Shown here: positions 38,973-51,668 of the stretch, piece after piece
Layout of the letters: each line of letters starts with the position of its first letter
Position numbering within the stretch: the stretch's first letter is position 1
NCBI RefSeq assembly: GCF_001194135.2
Contig: NC_069001.1
Span: 30,502,666-30,566,665 of the forward strand
DNA length: 64,000 bases
Reading direction: 5' to 3'
From: Octopus bimaculoides
Taxonomy: Eukaryota
Made by a program: the position numbers and the translations under genes
Notes under the pieces: generated by a model
What the model was told of the DNA's origin: nothing
Seen by the model: the letters and a program-made list of their open reading frames with translations, nothing else
Database searches by the model: none

Positions 38973-39376
38973 TAAAGATAATTGGGATGCTTCATGTATG
39001 TCTATCTCTGAGGATAATCACATCGTTGAAGTTTGATGTTGTTGCCTTATTCTCTTTGAGTTCGCTTATTCCGTTGTTGGAACTGTATTTCTATTTTTCT
39101 GATATATTCTTCCTACTTTGTTGTTTACCAGTTTTTAATTGTTCCAGTGGGAACGATTGAACGTTGACGAGGAATTTTAAGTGCAGTACTCTGCATGTTT
39201 TATTTCCTTATTCTTCCAACTGAAATTAACAAACAGCGACTCACCATTTCGATCATTGTTTTTTTTCATCGTTTTTTTTTAATACTTTCTTTTCTCCATG
39301 TTTCCTTTTAACTTTTGTCATACTGGTATACACACACACACATATATGTATATATGTGTGTGTATGCTTGTATATT

Positions 39377-39408
<32 letters not shown>

Positions 39409-39430
39409 CGTATGTATGCATGTATATATA

Positions 39431-39462
<32 letters not shown>

Positions 39463-39850
39463 CGTATGTATGCATGTATATATATGTGTGTGCATATATA
39501 TATATANNNNNNNNNNNNNNNNNNNNNNNNNNNNNNNNNNNNNNNNNNNNNNNNNNNNNNNNNNNNNNNNNNNNNNNNNNNNNNNNNNNNNNNNNNNNNN
39601 NNNNNNNNNNNNNNNNNNNNNNNNNNNNNNNNNNNNNNNNNNNNNNNNNNNNNNNNNNNNNNNNNNNNNNNNNNNNNNNNNNNNNNNNNNNNNNNNNNNN
39701 NNNNNNNNNNNNNNNNNNNNNNNNNNNNNNNNNNNNNNNNNNNNNNNNNNNNNNNNNNNNNNNNNNNNNNNNNNNNNNNNNNNNNNNNNNNNNNNNNNNN
39801 NNNNNNNNNNNNNNNNNNNNNNNNNNNNNNNNNNNNNNNNNNNNNNNNNN

Positions 39851-39899
<49 letters not shown>

Positions 39900-40845
39900 A
39901 TGTATATGTAGGCATGTGTATATATACATATATATGTGTGAGTGTGTGTGCATTTATGCGCACATATAATCATACGAATATATGTGTCTATATTTATGCG
40001 TGTGTGTGTGTGTATGTGTAGCCTATCTCTCTGCATATATATATATACTCTGGTACAAACAAAGACTCTCACATAGACACACATATATATACCAATATGT
40101 ATGCCATACATTTGTGTTAATCTCTTTGATCCTAATCATCATTGAATGTAGTAAACCCGAGTAAAACCCTTGGGACAAAACAAATTATGTGTCAGTACAA
40201 ATGGAATCGGTAAATTCGAAAGATGAAACTAGAAATGAGATCTTCCTAGAACATTTTATATTCAGCACAGGCAATTTCTAGAAGTTGCTGTAAATTTACC
40301 TCAAAAGTGTTACGATGCCAAGAAAACGATGGTTTTCATATATGGCAAGTATAATGGACTGGATAAACATGCAAATTTAAGATAGCAAAATAGCTTAAAA
40401 ATATATTTGAAAAGAAAAATGGAAAATAATTTCCACAGCTAAATATTTGAAAATAAGCATTTGCATATTTTTGGATGTTATTACCTATTGGAATAATGAT
40501 TAATTGCATGAGTACTGTTTTTTGGGGGGTTTTTTTTTTCTTTAGAGAAATATCCATACGACTGAAGAGAGGCTGGGATGCACCCAGAGATAAACATGCA
40601 TACACATACAAACACATACGCATGCACACACACACAGACACACACACACACACACTGGTAGATACACGCGCATATACAGGTGCATATTTATTCATAAATA
40701 TGCACGCCCTACTAAACAAGCATACATATAAACACATGTAACCAGTCATTTTTCCTATATATTTATGCCTGGATACATGTATATACATACATACATACAT
40801 ATAAATATATGTTTGTGTATGTGTTCGTGTTCGTGTCTGTTTGTG

Positions 40846-40912
<67 letters not shown>

Positions 40913-41944
40913 TTATATATCAGTTTATATGTGTGCGCATATATATATTCACATTATTCACATATCAGTCCACTTTCTCATATAATGTTTTTAACATGTA
41001 ACTAATTTGAGTTTTAATGTTAGACAAAACGTTGAATCGGACCTCTAAGATTTTTTAAAATTTCTCATGCAAAATTCCAGAATTAAATTATAAAATTTAT
41101 GTTCAAGATCAGCAGTGATATATATTACTTATTAATAGTTTCATGTTATACAAATCAAAGAGTGTGTTATATATAACATGTCTATTATTATGACATAACT
41201 TGAGGGAATTCCACTCGTTTTGCGATCATTTATAAAATGTAACCATTTACTGGAATATTTTATATGCATCACGAAGACCAAATGTATACAACTGATCAGG
41301 GTTGCATTATTAGATGTGATTTAAACACCTGCTCACACTCATAGGTATATATTCACACTCACACATACAAGATAAATGTGTGTTTGTGTAGATATGAGTG
41401 TATGTGTTCTGTGGGTAGTATATATTTGTGTATGTATATAGTTATATGGTGAGCTACATGAAATAGCTAATAATTGTAACATGCAGATATACTGAGTGGT
41501 ATACGATAAATCCTTAATGTACTGACCGTATCTCCATAAACAGAAAAGGTAGAAAATTCGATTGTAAGTAAATGTGATGTGAAGATTATCCTCAGAATGA
41601 ACAGCTCTCAAACGTTGAGATGTTAGGAAGACAAAAAAAAATTCCGATTACCAGGAAAGAGATCAGCTGCACAAAATTCTCTCTGCTTTGAAGTCGTTCT
41701 CATCGCAATACAATTCACCTAACTTCTTTCAGACAAAACGTGATAAGACATATAGAAACATTGTAAGCAAATGTTTCTATATAAGATTCCAGTACCTTGT
41801 AAGTTCCAATAGTTTTTTAAATTGGTCATTCCAATGACCAATTTTAAATACTGGAGCTTAACTATAGTCTGTCCATAGCACTAACGCAGCATTACCTGGC
41901 ACCATTGGGTCTTATTGACACCCTTACCACTCATAACCTCTCTT

Positions 41945-42007
<63 letters not shown>

Positions 42008-42032
42008 NNNNNNNNNNNNNNNNNNNNNNNNN

Positions 42033-42071
<39 letters not shown>

Positions 42072-42889
42072 CGATATATGTTTACATGTAAAATCATATA
42101 CTATATACATATATTTATATAGTACACACACACACACATATATACATTCAATTCACGTTCTTTTCGAGTGAAATGGCATATTTATATAACTTTGAAAACT
42201 TAGTTACAATTTCTTCTAGATTCCTTTGTAACAATTGCTTTCGTTTACTGAATTATTTTCCAGGAATATTACGATCTCGTCTTCTGAATGACGTGCACTC
42301 TTATGTCAATTCGCAAGAGGCTATGCAAGGATGCAAGCCGCATAATAAAACAGCGAAGCAATGCATCCGCGGAACGCATTGAATACAAACCTATATCACT
42401 TCATTGTGTAATAAGAAATAATAATTGGATCAGAGGTTCTTACAAAATGTCCATTCACTACAGCATATACAGAATCCGGCAAGAGCGCTTTATAGTAATC
42501 AGGCTATCCTCATGATGTGTGTGAAAATATTTCAGAAGATTCAAAACTAGAAATTACTTAAGAGAGAATATCAAAAGTTTGACTGAAAATGAATATAACT
42601 GTCAGATTGCTTTTATGTTAGACCCACGCTGGATCATCGATGTAAATGGATACATCACATGGAAAGTGAGAGTAATAATGAATAAAGAATAATGATTAAG
42701 GAAAATTTGGTTTCTTCTCCATCAAAAGAGATGTTATAAAATTGCAAGCGTTTTAATATGTAGTGCGAGTGTATCTCTGCAATCATGAATGCTGGAATTG
42801 TTTACATTCACTGTGCGTATATGCAGACACACACACGGATAGATTGATACATATATAGTTAGATGGATAAACAGATAGCTATGTTGATA

Positions 42890-42952
<63 letters not shown>

Positions 42953-42953
42953 C

Positions 42954-43161
42954 TGATTTTTAAATTCTCAAACGCAGGATAATACTAATAATATGGCCTG
43001 AACAGGATAAGCTACCCCTATTTTGCAGAAAAAAGTGTAGGCGGCCGCTATGAGACGGTCTCACAGCTGGCCGCCTACCCTTTTTTCTGCAAAATAGGGG
43101 TAGCTTATCCTGTTCAGGCTATATTATTCGCATTATCTTGCGGTTGAGAATTTAAAAATCA
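42954..43161. repeat. 208-bp near-perfect inverted repeat (foldback; possible MITE)
   Basis: Arms 42955-43046 and 43069-43160 match at 86/92, including a perfect 40-bp run. The centre gct-a-TGAGAC-g-GTCTCA-c-agc is also self-complementary. Confidence 0.95.
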
Positions 43162-43984
43162 CTTCTTTAACTTTCTAAGAGGGCACAACTTCGTTTGTTT
43201 GTTTACGTCTATCGTAATTTGAATTTAACACACACACACACACACACACATATAATGGTGTGTGTGTTTGTGTGTGTGTGTGTGTCTGTGTATGTATGCA
43301 CGTGTAATCAATATCGAATGCGTACAAGTTATGTGATCAGGCTGCGATCTATAGGCGTGAGAGAAAATTTTTCGCAATAGGCCTGGTGTAAAAGCACATA
43401 GAAGTCAAAGACAACCGAGACAACTCACACCAGTTCTCGTGACCAAAAGTGGCACGCATTAAAATTTCGTCATTTTGTGACTTATCAATACCACGCACCC
43501 AAAACGAGGCCAGATGTACGCTAAATAGCTAGCTATAAGTATATGTTAAACGGTGTGAATACCATATGCTGGTATGTCCCAACGTTCCATACTACGAAAA
43601 AAAAAACATGAATTAATAAACAGCCGGAGGAGTATGAAGAATATCGAATACGCATACATAGTGTATGTGTATTTCCATGAATATAAATAGTCGTGTTGAC
43701 GAGTAAAGTTTTTCTCGTACCTATAAATCGCAGCCTATCCACAAACTGATATTATAAAATGAGGGAGAGTGATATGATTAAACGATAACTGGAAAGAGAG
43801 AGACAGAGACAGAAAAAATATACCGACAGGTTGAATTGTTGAACTGTTAATATTCTTTGTGCCTTTCCCCGGTGACGGGAGAAAGGAATTGTTTGTGCAA
43901 CGACATTTTTATATGCTAAAAATTGAACATTTTAAAGCCGGTGTAGGCTTATCGCTGCGCCCCCCCCCAGCAGGGGTGGGATAT

Positions 43985-44460
43985 GAACTGTCATTATTTT
44001 TGGACTTTTATCCTCGTTAAGAGGGGAAAAAAACACAAGATAGTTTTCCCGTTTTGAGGGATTAATTTATGCTGTAGGATTTATTTATTTTTCAACTGTT
44101 ACAATCGTTAGGAGGAATAAACACATATAGGTTTCTCGTCTTTAATGTGTTCTGTGCTGTGTGGGAAAGCTGAACTTCGGCCGTGTGTGCTTTGTTATTT
44201 GAACTGTTGTCCTCATTAAGAGGAAAAAAAACACAATATAGGTTTCCCGTTTTGAGGGATTAATTTACGCTGTAGGATTTGTTTATTTTTGAACTGTTAT
44301 TCTCGTTAAGAGGAAAAAAACACAACACAGGTTTGCCATCTTTGATGTGTTCTGTGCTGTGTAGGAAAACGAAACTTCAGCCGTTGTAGGCTTTATTATT
44401 TGAACTATTGTCCTCATTAAGACTGGAAAGAAAAAAACAGATTATAGGTTTCCCGTTTTG
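43985..44460 (+). repeat. dimeric tandem repeat with ~200-bp period, upstream of a LINE ORF1-like frame
   Basis: Motif (c/t)ctc(g/a)ttaagagg..aaaacac..taggtttcccg starts at 44012, 44103, 44211, 44301 and 44412, alternating ~91- and ~108-bp subunits. A degenerate copy follows the gap (~44597-44655). Confidence 0.9.
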
Positions 44461-44698
44461 GAAAAAGTAAGCTCTTTACAGGCTCTATTACTACCCCCCC
44501 CCCCCCCNNNNNNNNNNNNNNNNNNNNNNNNNNNNNNNNNNNNNNNNNNNNNNNNNNNNNNNNNNNNNNNNNNNNNNNNNNGAGGAGGGTATGATTTGAA
44601 CTGGTATCCTCTTTAATAAGAGGGAAAAAACATAGATTTACCGATTTTAGGAAAGATAATTGAAAATTCTTATGTGTAAGAATTAATTTCGACTGAGT

Positions 44699-45157
44699 AT
44701 GTCGGTCGAAATAATTCAACAAGCAAAACCGCTGGATGAGCCAGCAAAAAATTTCGCGGCAGAGGCCGTTGTATCATGTGAGAACGTGATAATACAAACG
44801 GAGAAGCTCTCCGAGTTTTTTGAAAGAACGAAAGAGGAGGGTGGGGATATAAAGATCTCACCCTTCCCTAGTGTTGAAAACATGAAGTGAAGGACAGTCG
44901 TTTACAAAACGTACTGTCTTTCGTCGAAAAAATTTAAGCACTTCGAAACGGGCGAAGTAGAAAAATACCTGGCCCCTATACGGAAAGACATAAAGTACAT
45001 AGCGAGGGGTCGGGCATATGAAACAATAGAGGCCAGATTTGAGACGGCCGAAAAAGCCCAAGAGCACTCAGTGAGTCCCCTGAAAACGAAGGAGGTGCTG
45101 CTGCTCCCAACCTACATGGGAAGGAGAACAGCACGATTCAGGGTATCGAAAGTGCCA
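44699..45157 (+). pseudogene. LINE ORF1-like reading frame (probably L1/Tx1 clade) with one in-frame stop
   Basis: ~150 codons in one frame with a single TGA (44888-44890): MSVEIIQQ...*RTVVYKTY...KYIARGRAYETIEARFETAEKAQEHSVSPLKTKEVLLLPTYMGRRTARFRVSKVP. Non-repetitive. Clade assignment is from memory of octopus LINE ORF1-like proteins. Confidence 0.55.
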
Positions 45158-45813
45158 TTCGAGTAGGAAGTTCTTGTTGAGTGAGTTGTATCCTGGTATA
45201 GGTAGCTTATCCGGTATTCCTTGAAGAAATTTGTCCAGATTCCATTTAGAGGTAATGGGATCCTTTTCCTCTTTGATCTATCTCGAGATAATTTTAAGTA
45301 GTGCAGAGCCTGCTGAGGAAAAGAAATTATGTTGCAATGTATTTCTGTGTTGTGATCCTGAATTGGCTAGGGGACGTATGACCCGTGGTCTTAGCCTTGG
45401 ATGAATTTTGAAGCTAATGTTGAGGTCGTTTGGGCAATGCTGGTGGAATATTCTCCACATCGTGCAAATGATATATATCGTTCACGGCGGCGCTGGAGAG
45501 AATAGAGTTTCAATACTTTAAGGCAGTCCCTTAAAGCATCAAGATAAATCATGCCCTTAATTCTTTTCGTGAATGACCTCTAGGGTGATTCGATTTTCGA
45601 GATGTTTTGTTTTGTATAATGTGACCACAGCGGGTAGCAGTATCCGAGGGGTGGCCGTACAAAGGCGGAGAAAATAGGAATGATGACATCTTGTTCTCTG
45701 TACCGGAAAGTTCATAAGATCCAACAGCTATATCGACCATATCGTTGATGTGGGCATTTCAGCTGAGATTGTTATGAATAATTACCCCAAGACCTCTAAT
45801 ATTATTAGATGTT
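45152..45813 (-). pseudogene. 5'-truncated CR1-clade LINE ORF2 3' region
   Basis: IRGLGVIIHNNLS*NAHI (RT end), FSAFVRPPLGYCYPLWS (~RPxLEYC..VW), MWRIFHQHCPNDL and LDKFLQGIPDKLPIPGY...NKNFLLEW, with frameshifts. Confidence 0.85.
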
Positions 45814-48800
45814 GTACACATATACATATATATAGAGAGAGAGTGGTGTATGTATGTATCTACGTATGTATGTATATTGCTGATGCGTGAGTCTTATTGT
45901 TAAAAGATATTTGGCGAGAAGAATACACAACCCCAGCGATAACGTCATATATTTTCTTGAAACTGATACTGTGTGGGTTTAGAAAATTCGTATGCATAGT
46001 TAAGAATTATACTGCTTCAAATCAACTGTAAATTTTCATAATGTTGAACTTTAAATACTAATACTAATAAAAAAATAATCGCAAAACATAATAAATCTAA
46101 AATAAAACAAGATACAGACACGGCCATACATATGCATGCACACACACGCATATACATATTCATATTAGTACTCACATATGTAATGTATTAGTGAGGAGAG
46201 ACGGTGAGTTGGAGATAGCGAGAGGAAAAGAAATAAAATACGTTGTTTGGCATACAGTGAAACATTACGATATTGTGTGGAGCATCATTAGAAACCACAT
46301 ACTTTTGAAACACGCTACCCGACATTCAAGTATTTGAAAGCCTCAAAATGGTGGTAATCCACATATACACGAAGTACTCCATACTTAATAACTCGGATTT
46401 GCCGGATATGTAAGAAGCGCATGGAATGTGCCTGCATTATCCACTTCAAGCTACACAGCGATGCATGATGGGAAACTCTTAATTTGAATATTGGTAAAGT
46501 AGTTATATTCGAAGGTCAGAATGACACAGAAAATGAGGCGAGTGTTCGATATAGAGAGATACCATAAAAATCAGTCGACATCCATTTTCATTCCATGTAC
46601 GATTATAAGCAAATTAGTGTTGTAACTGTAAGAGGTATTGTTAAATACTTGAGGTATATATGAGTATTATGAATGCTAGACATAGATAAGTAGACAGACT
46701 AGCATAAGTTATTTACTAAAAACACTGATACATTTTCACGTATGTTGCAGACAAAGTTTCGAAAACTTTGACAAATAATCGCAGAAAACTAGATTTCTTT
46801 GTAGAACACTTTTCCATTTTTCTTTATTTTGCCGATGTTAATGTTTGCATTTCCATTAGTTGCTCATATCTACTTATCATCAGATATGTTATTAAGGGCT
46901 GTTTGTAGTAGCAGTCAGTCAAATGTGTTGGTTGTGTTGCTAAAATATAATAAGAGAGTTATTATTAATACTTCATTAGACATAGGCAATGAGTTCAATA
47001 CCAGTTTCTACTTACGTCTGTATATCCACATCGAAGTATAAAACACCTGATCAATATCACCAGGAACAAGATTCAAACAATACATATACATACTATGTGA
47101 GTCAGATTTTTAGTGTGTATATTTACCGCATACTTCCCAACGTAATTTGGTAATGAAATTGGAGTTCAGCCGCACTTGGCGTCTGGTCGAATTTTTTTAT
47201 ATATGAAATATGACCAGTACAGCGTTGCAAAACCCATAGCTGAGATGCCCTTTCTCAACATTCAAATAATAAGTTTCAAATTTTTATTTTATTACCTTCA
47301 TGCCTTACTGTGTTCTTGAAGAGGATAAAGGATACACGTCTCACGTGCTTCTTTCATATCAGAGAAATTAAAGTTATTATGCATGGTATACTCTAAGTAT
47401 ATGTGATTAGTCGCTATATCTGGACTTTGAAATGCTAGAAAGCCAAGGTGAATGGTTTCAACTATTTTGGCTTCTAATGATGCATAAGAAAGTATGTGAC
47501 TAAGTGCTATTTCGTAGTCCAGTCAGACTTTTCATCCCATTCTTCTCTCTTCGTTGGTGTACCTGCCTAATAATTCATTCCATATTCTGTATTGTTTTCT
47601 TTCGAATCCGCTTCAATTTTCGTGAATCTCGTTTGTGGGTCTCGTTAAAATGAACTGTGGCATAGAGTTTCCGCAGTAAAAATTTTGTTTCTCTGCCTTC
47701 TCTCAATGTGGAAGTTTCAAAACTTCTCGATACAATCGGACGCTATTTAATAGATTCCATAGAGCTTCAAGCGGTAAACTTTTTGATAATTACTGTAGCT
47801 CGTTACGTTCTGACTTTAAATCGCATAGTATGAAATATGTCTTTCAATGTTGGGGCTTTGATAAAACAATGTATCAGTCCAGTGCTAGGTCCTTGTCACT
47901 CTGCCTGCTTCCGACTGTCAAATATCAGGTTCTTTTCACCGTATCATGTTTTGCTAACGGATGTAGAGCGTCTGCATGTATGCACAGTAACGTTAAAGTC
48001 TATAAAAGTAATCAACGAAATGCGTAGTTTTATCCTGAATTGAAGTCATATAATATTGCAACGACGTTCGCATTATATATAATATATATATATATATATA
48101 TANNNNNNNNNNNNNNNNNNNNNNNNNNNNNNNNNNNNNNNNNNNNNNNNNNNNNNNNNNNNNNNNNNNNNNNNNNNNNNNNNNNNNNNNNNNNNNNNNN
48201 NNNNNNNNNNNNNNNNNNNNNNNNNNNNNNNNNNNNNNNNNNNNNNNNNNNNNNNNNNNNNNNNNNNNNNNNNNNNNNNNNNNNNNNNNNNNNNNNNNNN
48301 NNNNNNNNNNNNNNNNNNNNNNNNNTAACTTTCTGCTGTCCCTATTCTTTTCATTGCTATTATGTTAAACTTTCGTATTGTTTTCAATATATATATATAT
48401 ATTTCTTTGCAATAGCCGGTTCTTTTCGTCAAACTATCGTCTCTCCAGCTGCGTCAGATGGCAAGATAGGAAAATTGTCAAAGTGCTGTACAACGGTTTT
48501 GCTATGGAATGGCGAAACTATTTTTCGTCTTCTGAAAAAGCAATGTTTTGGACTTACGGCACTTTTGCGTAATAGCAACGTTTTCTTCTATTAATTGAAT
48601 ACGGATTATATGCATAATATATACCTATTGATTTAGGGAAATTTTATTTCCCAAAAGTATTAGGTATTGAACTAATGTTTTCTTGGATGTAATCATCACT
48701 TCAGGAGGTTAATATATCCTCTAATTGAGAGAGAGAGAGAGAGAGAGAGAGAAAGATAGATAGATGGAGAGGTAGATATGTAAGTAAGTAGGTAAGTAGT

Positions 48801-49127
48801 TAGGTAGACAGACAGAGAGACAGACGAACTGATAGGTAGATAGATAAATAGGTATGTAAGTAGGTAGGTAGGTAGGTATGTACACATAGATAGATAGATA
48901 GATAGATAGATAGACAGATATACTACACATATACATGGTACATACATGTATGTATTAAATACGAAGGAAGTTTAGTGTTAACGATGATTGCATTATATGA
49001 AATTCGATACGTGGTTGTATTAACTCACGTAAATATATGGGAAATGAAGAAGTTGTGCAAAGCTTATAGAGTAGTTGCCCCAGGTAATTCTATTCTTCAT
49101 TTGTTAACATTATTTATGGCATACGCT

Positions 49128-49515
49128 AAGGTGGCGAGCTGGCAGAGTCGTTAGCATGTCGGGCAACAAGCTTATCGATATTTCTTCCGTCTGTCTCTAC
49201 GTTCTGAGTTCAAATGCCACCAAGTTGACTTTGCCTTTCATCCTTTCGAGGTCGATAAATTAAGTACCAGTTGCGTACAAAATCGATTGACCCGATCCCT
49301 CAAAATTTTTGGTCCTTGTGCCTAGAGTAGAAAAGTATATTTCTTCTGTCTTTACGTTCTGAATTCAAATTCTGCCGAGGTCGACTTTGCCTTTCTTCCT
49401 TTCGGAATCGCTAAATTAATTACCAGCTGCGTACTTAATCGACTAACACGCTCCCCCCAAATTTCGGTCCTTATACCTAGAGTAGAAAAGGATATGTCTT
49501 CTGTCTTTACGTTCT
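49128..49515 (+). mobile_element. family-C SINE followed by tandem re-starts of its 3' body
   Basis: Full copy 49128-49336, second unit from atatttcttctgtctttacgttct (49337-49360), third start of 24 bp (49492-49515). Confidence 0.85.
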
Positions 49516-49813
49516 AGTCACTCTTTATATTTGATTACTGTGCTTTCAGAATATATGTTTTTCTAATTTCACAATGGTCCTGTTACCGATGGGGAAGGCA
49601 TCCAATACGAAACCCCAAAATATTTCAGCACTGCTTGATTCATAACAGAGCATAACTATGTTATTCTTATGGTATTAAATTCAAAATTTAATATGTTCAA
49701 TAACATCTAAGATCGGTCACAGTCTAATGATTTTAAATTTCGCTTAAAGTTAGAAGAGACCATATCCAATTATTTATTGAGCACAAGTCAACTGGAAACA
49801 ATGATCAGCTTAC

Positions 49814-49952
49814 GTACTCTTCAGCCTGCGTCTGCGTTTCCAATACTAACATAAGCTTGTCCGCAGCTATCATGTTAGGTCTAATTAGAGAGAAACATTC
49901 CATCATCTGCTTATAATCAACATAAAGCCGTTCCATCGATTGACTTTGATAT
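49814..49952 (-). other. candidate 139-nt exon
   Basis: Donor TAC|GTAAGC, weak acceptor ttctgacag|. Open frame (R)YQSQSMERLYVDYKQMMECFSLIRPNMIAADKLMLVLETQTQAEEY, unique sequence, no homology recognised. Confidence 0.2.
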
Positions 49953-49966
49953 CTGTCAGAACCCGT

Positions 49967-50150
49967 AAATATTGGATTACACTTTGGGCACAAGACCAGT
50001 CATCTGGGGAGAGGCGTAAGTCCCCAGTGTTCTTGATCCTAAAAAGATTAAAAGCAAAATCGGCTGAGTCAGAAATTGATTTCAAAACATAGAGCTGAAA
50101 TGCTTAGCTGCATCTCGTCCGGCACGTTAACCATTCTACCAGCTTCACAC
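49967..50150 (-). mobile_element. old degenerate family-C SINE
   Basis: aatattgg...tttgggcacaagaccag...ccccagtg...aaaagcaaaatcg...cgtccggcacgttaaccattctaccagc aligns to the family-C reverse complement. Confidence 0.7.
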
Positions 50151-51383
50151 TTTATATTCTTTCACATACATGGCCCACATACAGATTCTACTTCGAGAAT
50201 TCCATGAAATGTCAAAATACTCAGACAAAACTGACAAATTCCCAAAATTTCTGGTCTATTTCTAATACCGTAGCAAAATAAAAATTCTGTGAATAATTCT
50301 TTTTGAGGCAAGAAACTCTGCTTTTCAACGAATATTTGTCAAAGCATCCACTTCAATCGCAAATATAGAATTCAGAAACAGTGCTTAATATTAACTGAGA
50401 TATATTCTTTTGTCGAATTGTATTATCAGACAAAGGAAAGTTCATAAATTCTCTCTCAACATCATTACAGTCAAACGGCTGGAAAATTGATTCAATGTTT
50501 CAGCTAGAATATGTCGTTTTATCTGTTGAGAAATTAATTCAAAACTTTGAAAGATACAATCTATATTTTATCTCAGACGGTTCCTCGTTTCTCAAATATG
50601 ATTTTCTTCATTTCTGCTGTTCCGAAACTCTTTTAAAGTAATGGCTATCCTTGTTTGCCACACAACAGATGTCATTGCTTCTTGTTTAAGATCTATAGGA
50701 ATTGGAAATGTTTTCATTAGAATTCATATAAATGGTAGTATCAAAAGTACAAACTCGTCTTTTCTCTCTGGATCACAGGGGTTGACATTGCTAGACAGCT
50801 AATCCCTAATTTCCTGTTTTAAAATATTCGTTTAGGCCTAAACAAATATTTAGGCCTACTACCCTTGCAAACCTCAACATGTGTTCATAAAATACTTTCT
50901 AAGAGTCATTTCGAATCAAATATTGAACGAGAATCACTTTGTTCTCTTGATCTCACTCTGGAACAATATGGTTCCATAAAAATACAATATACCATATATA
51001 TTCTACAGTTCTATATTTTGTTGTCAGATGAATTCGTTCCTCATGACCGCCCCCCCCCCCAGTTATTTCACACCATTCAAACGATTTTCAATTAAGAAGA
51101 AACGTTTCTTTAGTCGTAGTTTTATGAATGTATTGCGGTCTTATTTTTCTACAAGATTTGTTTATTGTTTTTGAAATGTAAATAAGTTTTAACTCTTTTC
51201 AGATAAATAACGATGGACTGCCAAATAGAAAATTCGAACGAATTGTTCTGACAATCCGATGTCTTATTTGTAAAACTAAATCTATTTCTCGGGAAGAAAT
51301 GTTGTTAATCTTGAATTTTCCGAGCAGATTCACCATCCTTTCGTGCCACAATCTATAGATCTCTGGGACTTGAGTGAAGCTAC

Positions 51384-51668
51384 GTGGAGGAGAGGTGAGT
51401 GTATTCGGCTTACGATCGTATGGTCATGGATTCCATTCACGGCGGCGCCTTGTGTCTCGCGAGGAAATCACTTTCTTTTACGCTGCTCCAGTCCACTCAG
51501 CCGGCAAAAATGAGTAGTAACTGTATTTCAAAGGGCCAGCCTTGCCGTATTCTGGATCACGCTGAATCTCCCTGAGAACTACGTTAATGGTACACGTTAA
51601 TTCACGGACAGGCTGTTCTGTTAATCGGATCAACAGTAGGCTTCGTTGTTATTACCGACGGGGTGCCA
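51384..51668 (+). mobile_element. family-E SINE
   Basis: tRNA-like head (cggcttacgatcgtatggtcatggattcc), middle gctccagtccactcagccggcaaaaatgagt shared with family D, 3' domain aaagggccagcctt...ctgagaactacgtt...atcggatcaac shared with family A. Confidence 0.8.

Noticed and set aside
39370-39506. Higher-order duplications of compound microsatellite blocks (also ~29780-29850)
   Set aside because: Expected from slippage or misassembly next to gaps.
49814-50038. 225-nt exon with in-frame TGA read as a selenoprotein or hAT transposase
   Set aside because: The 5' third, including the TGA and acceptor, aligns to a decayed family-C SINE. No SECIS or convincing protein similarity.
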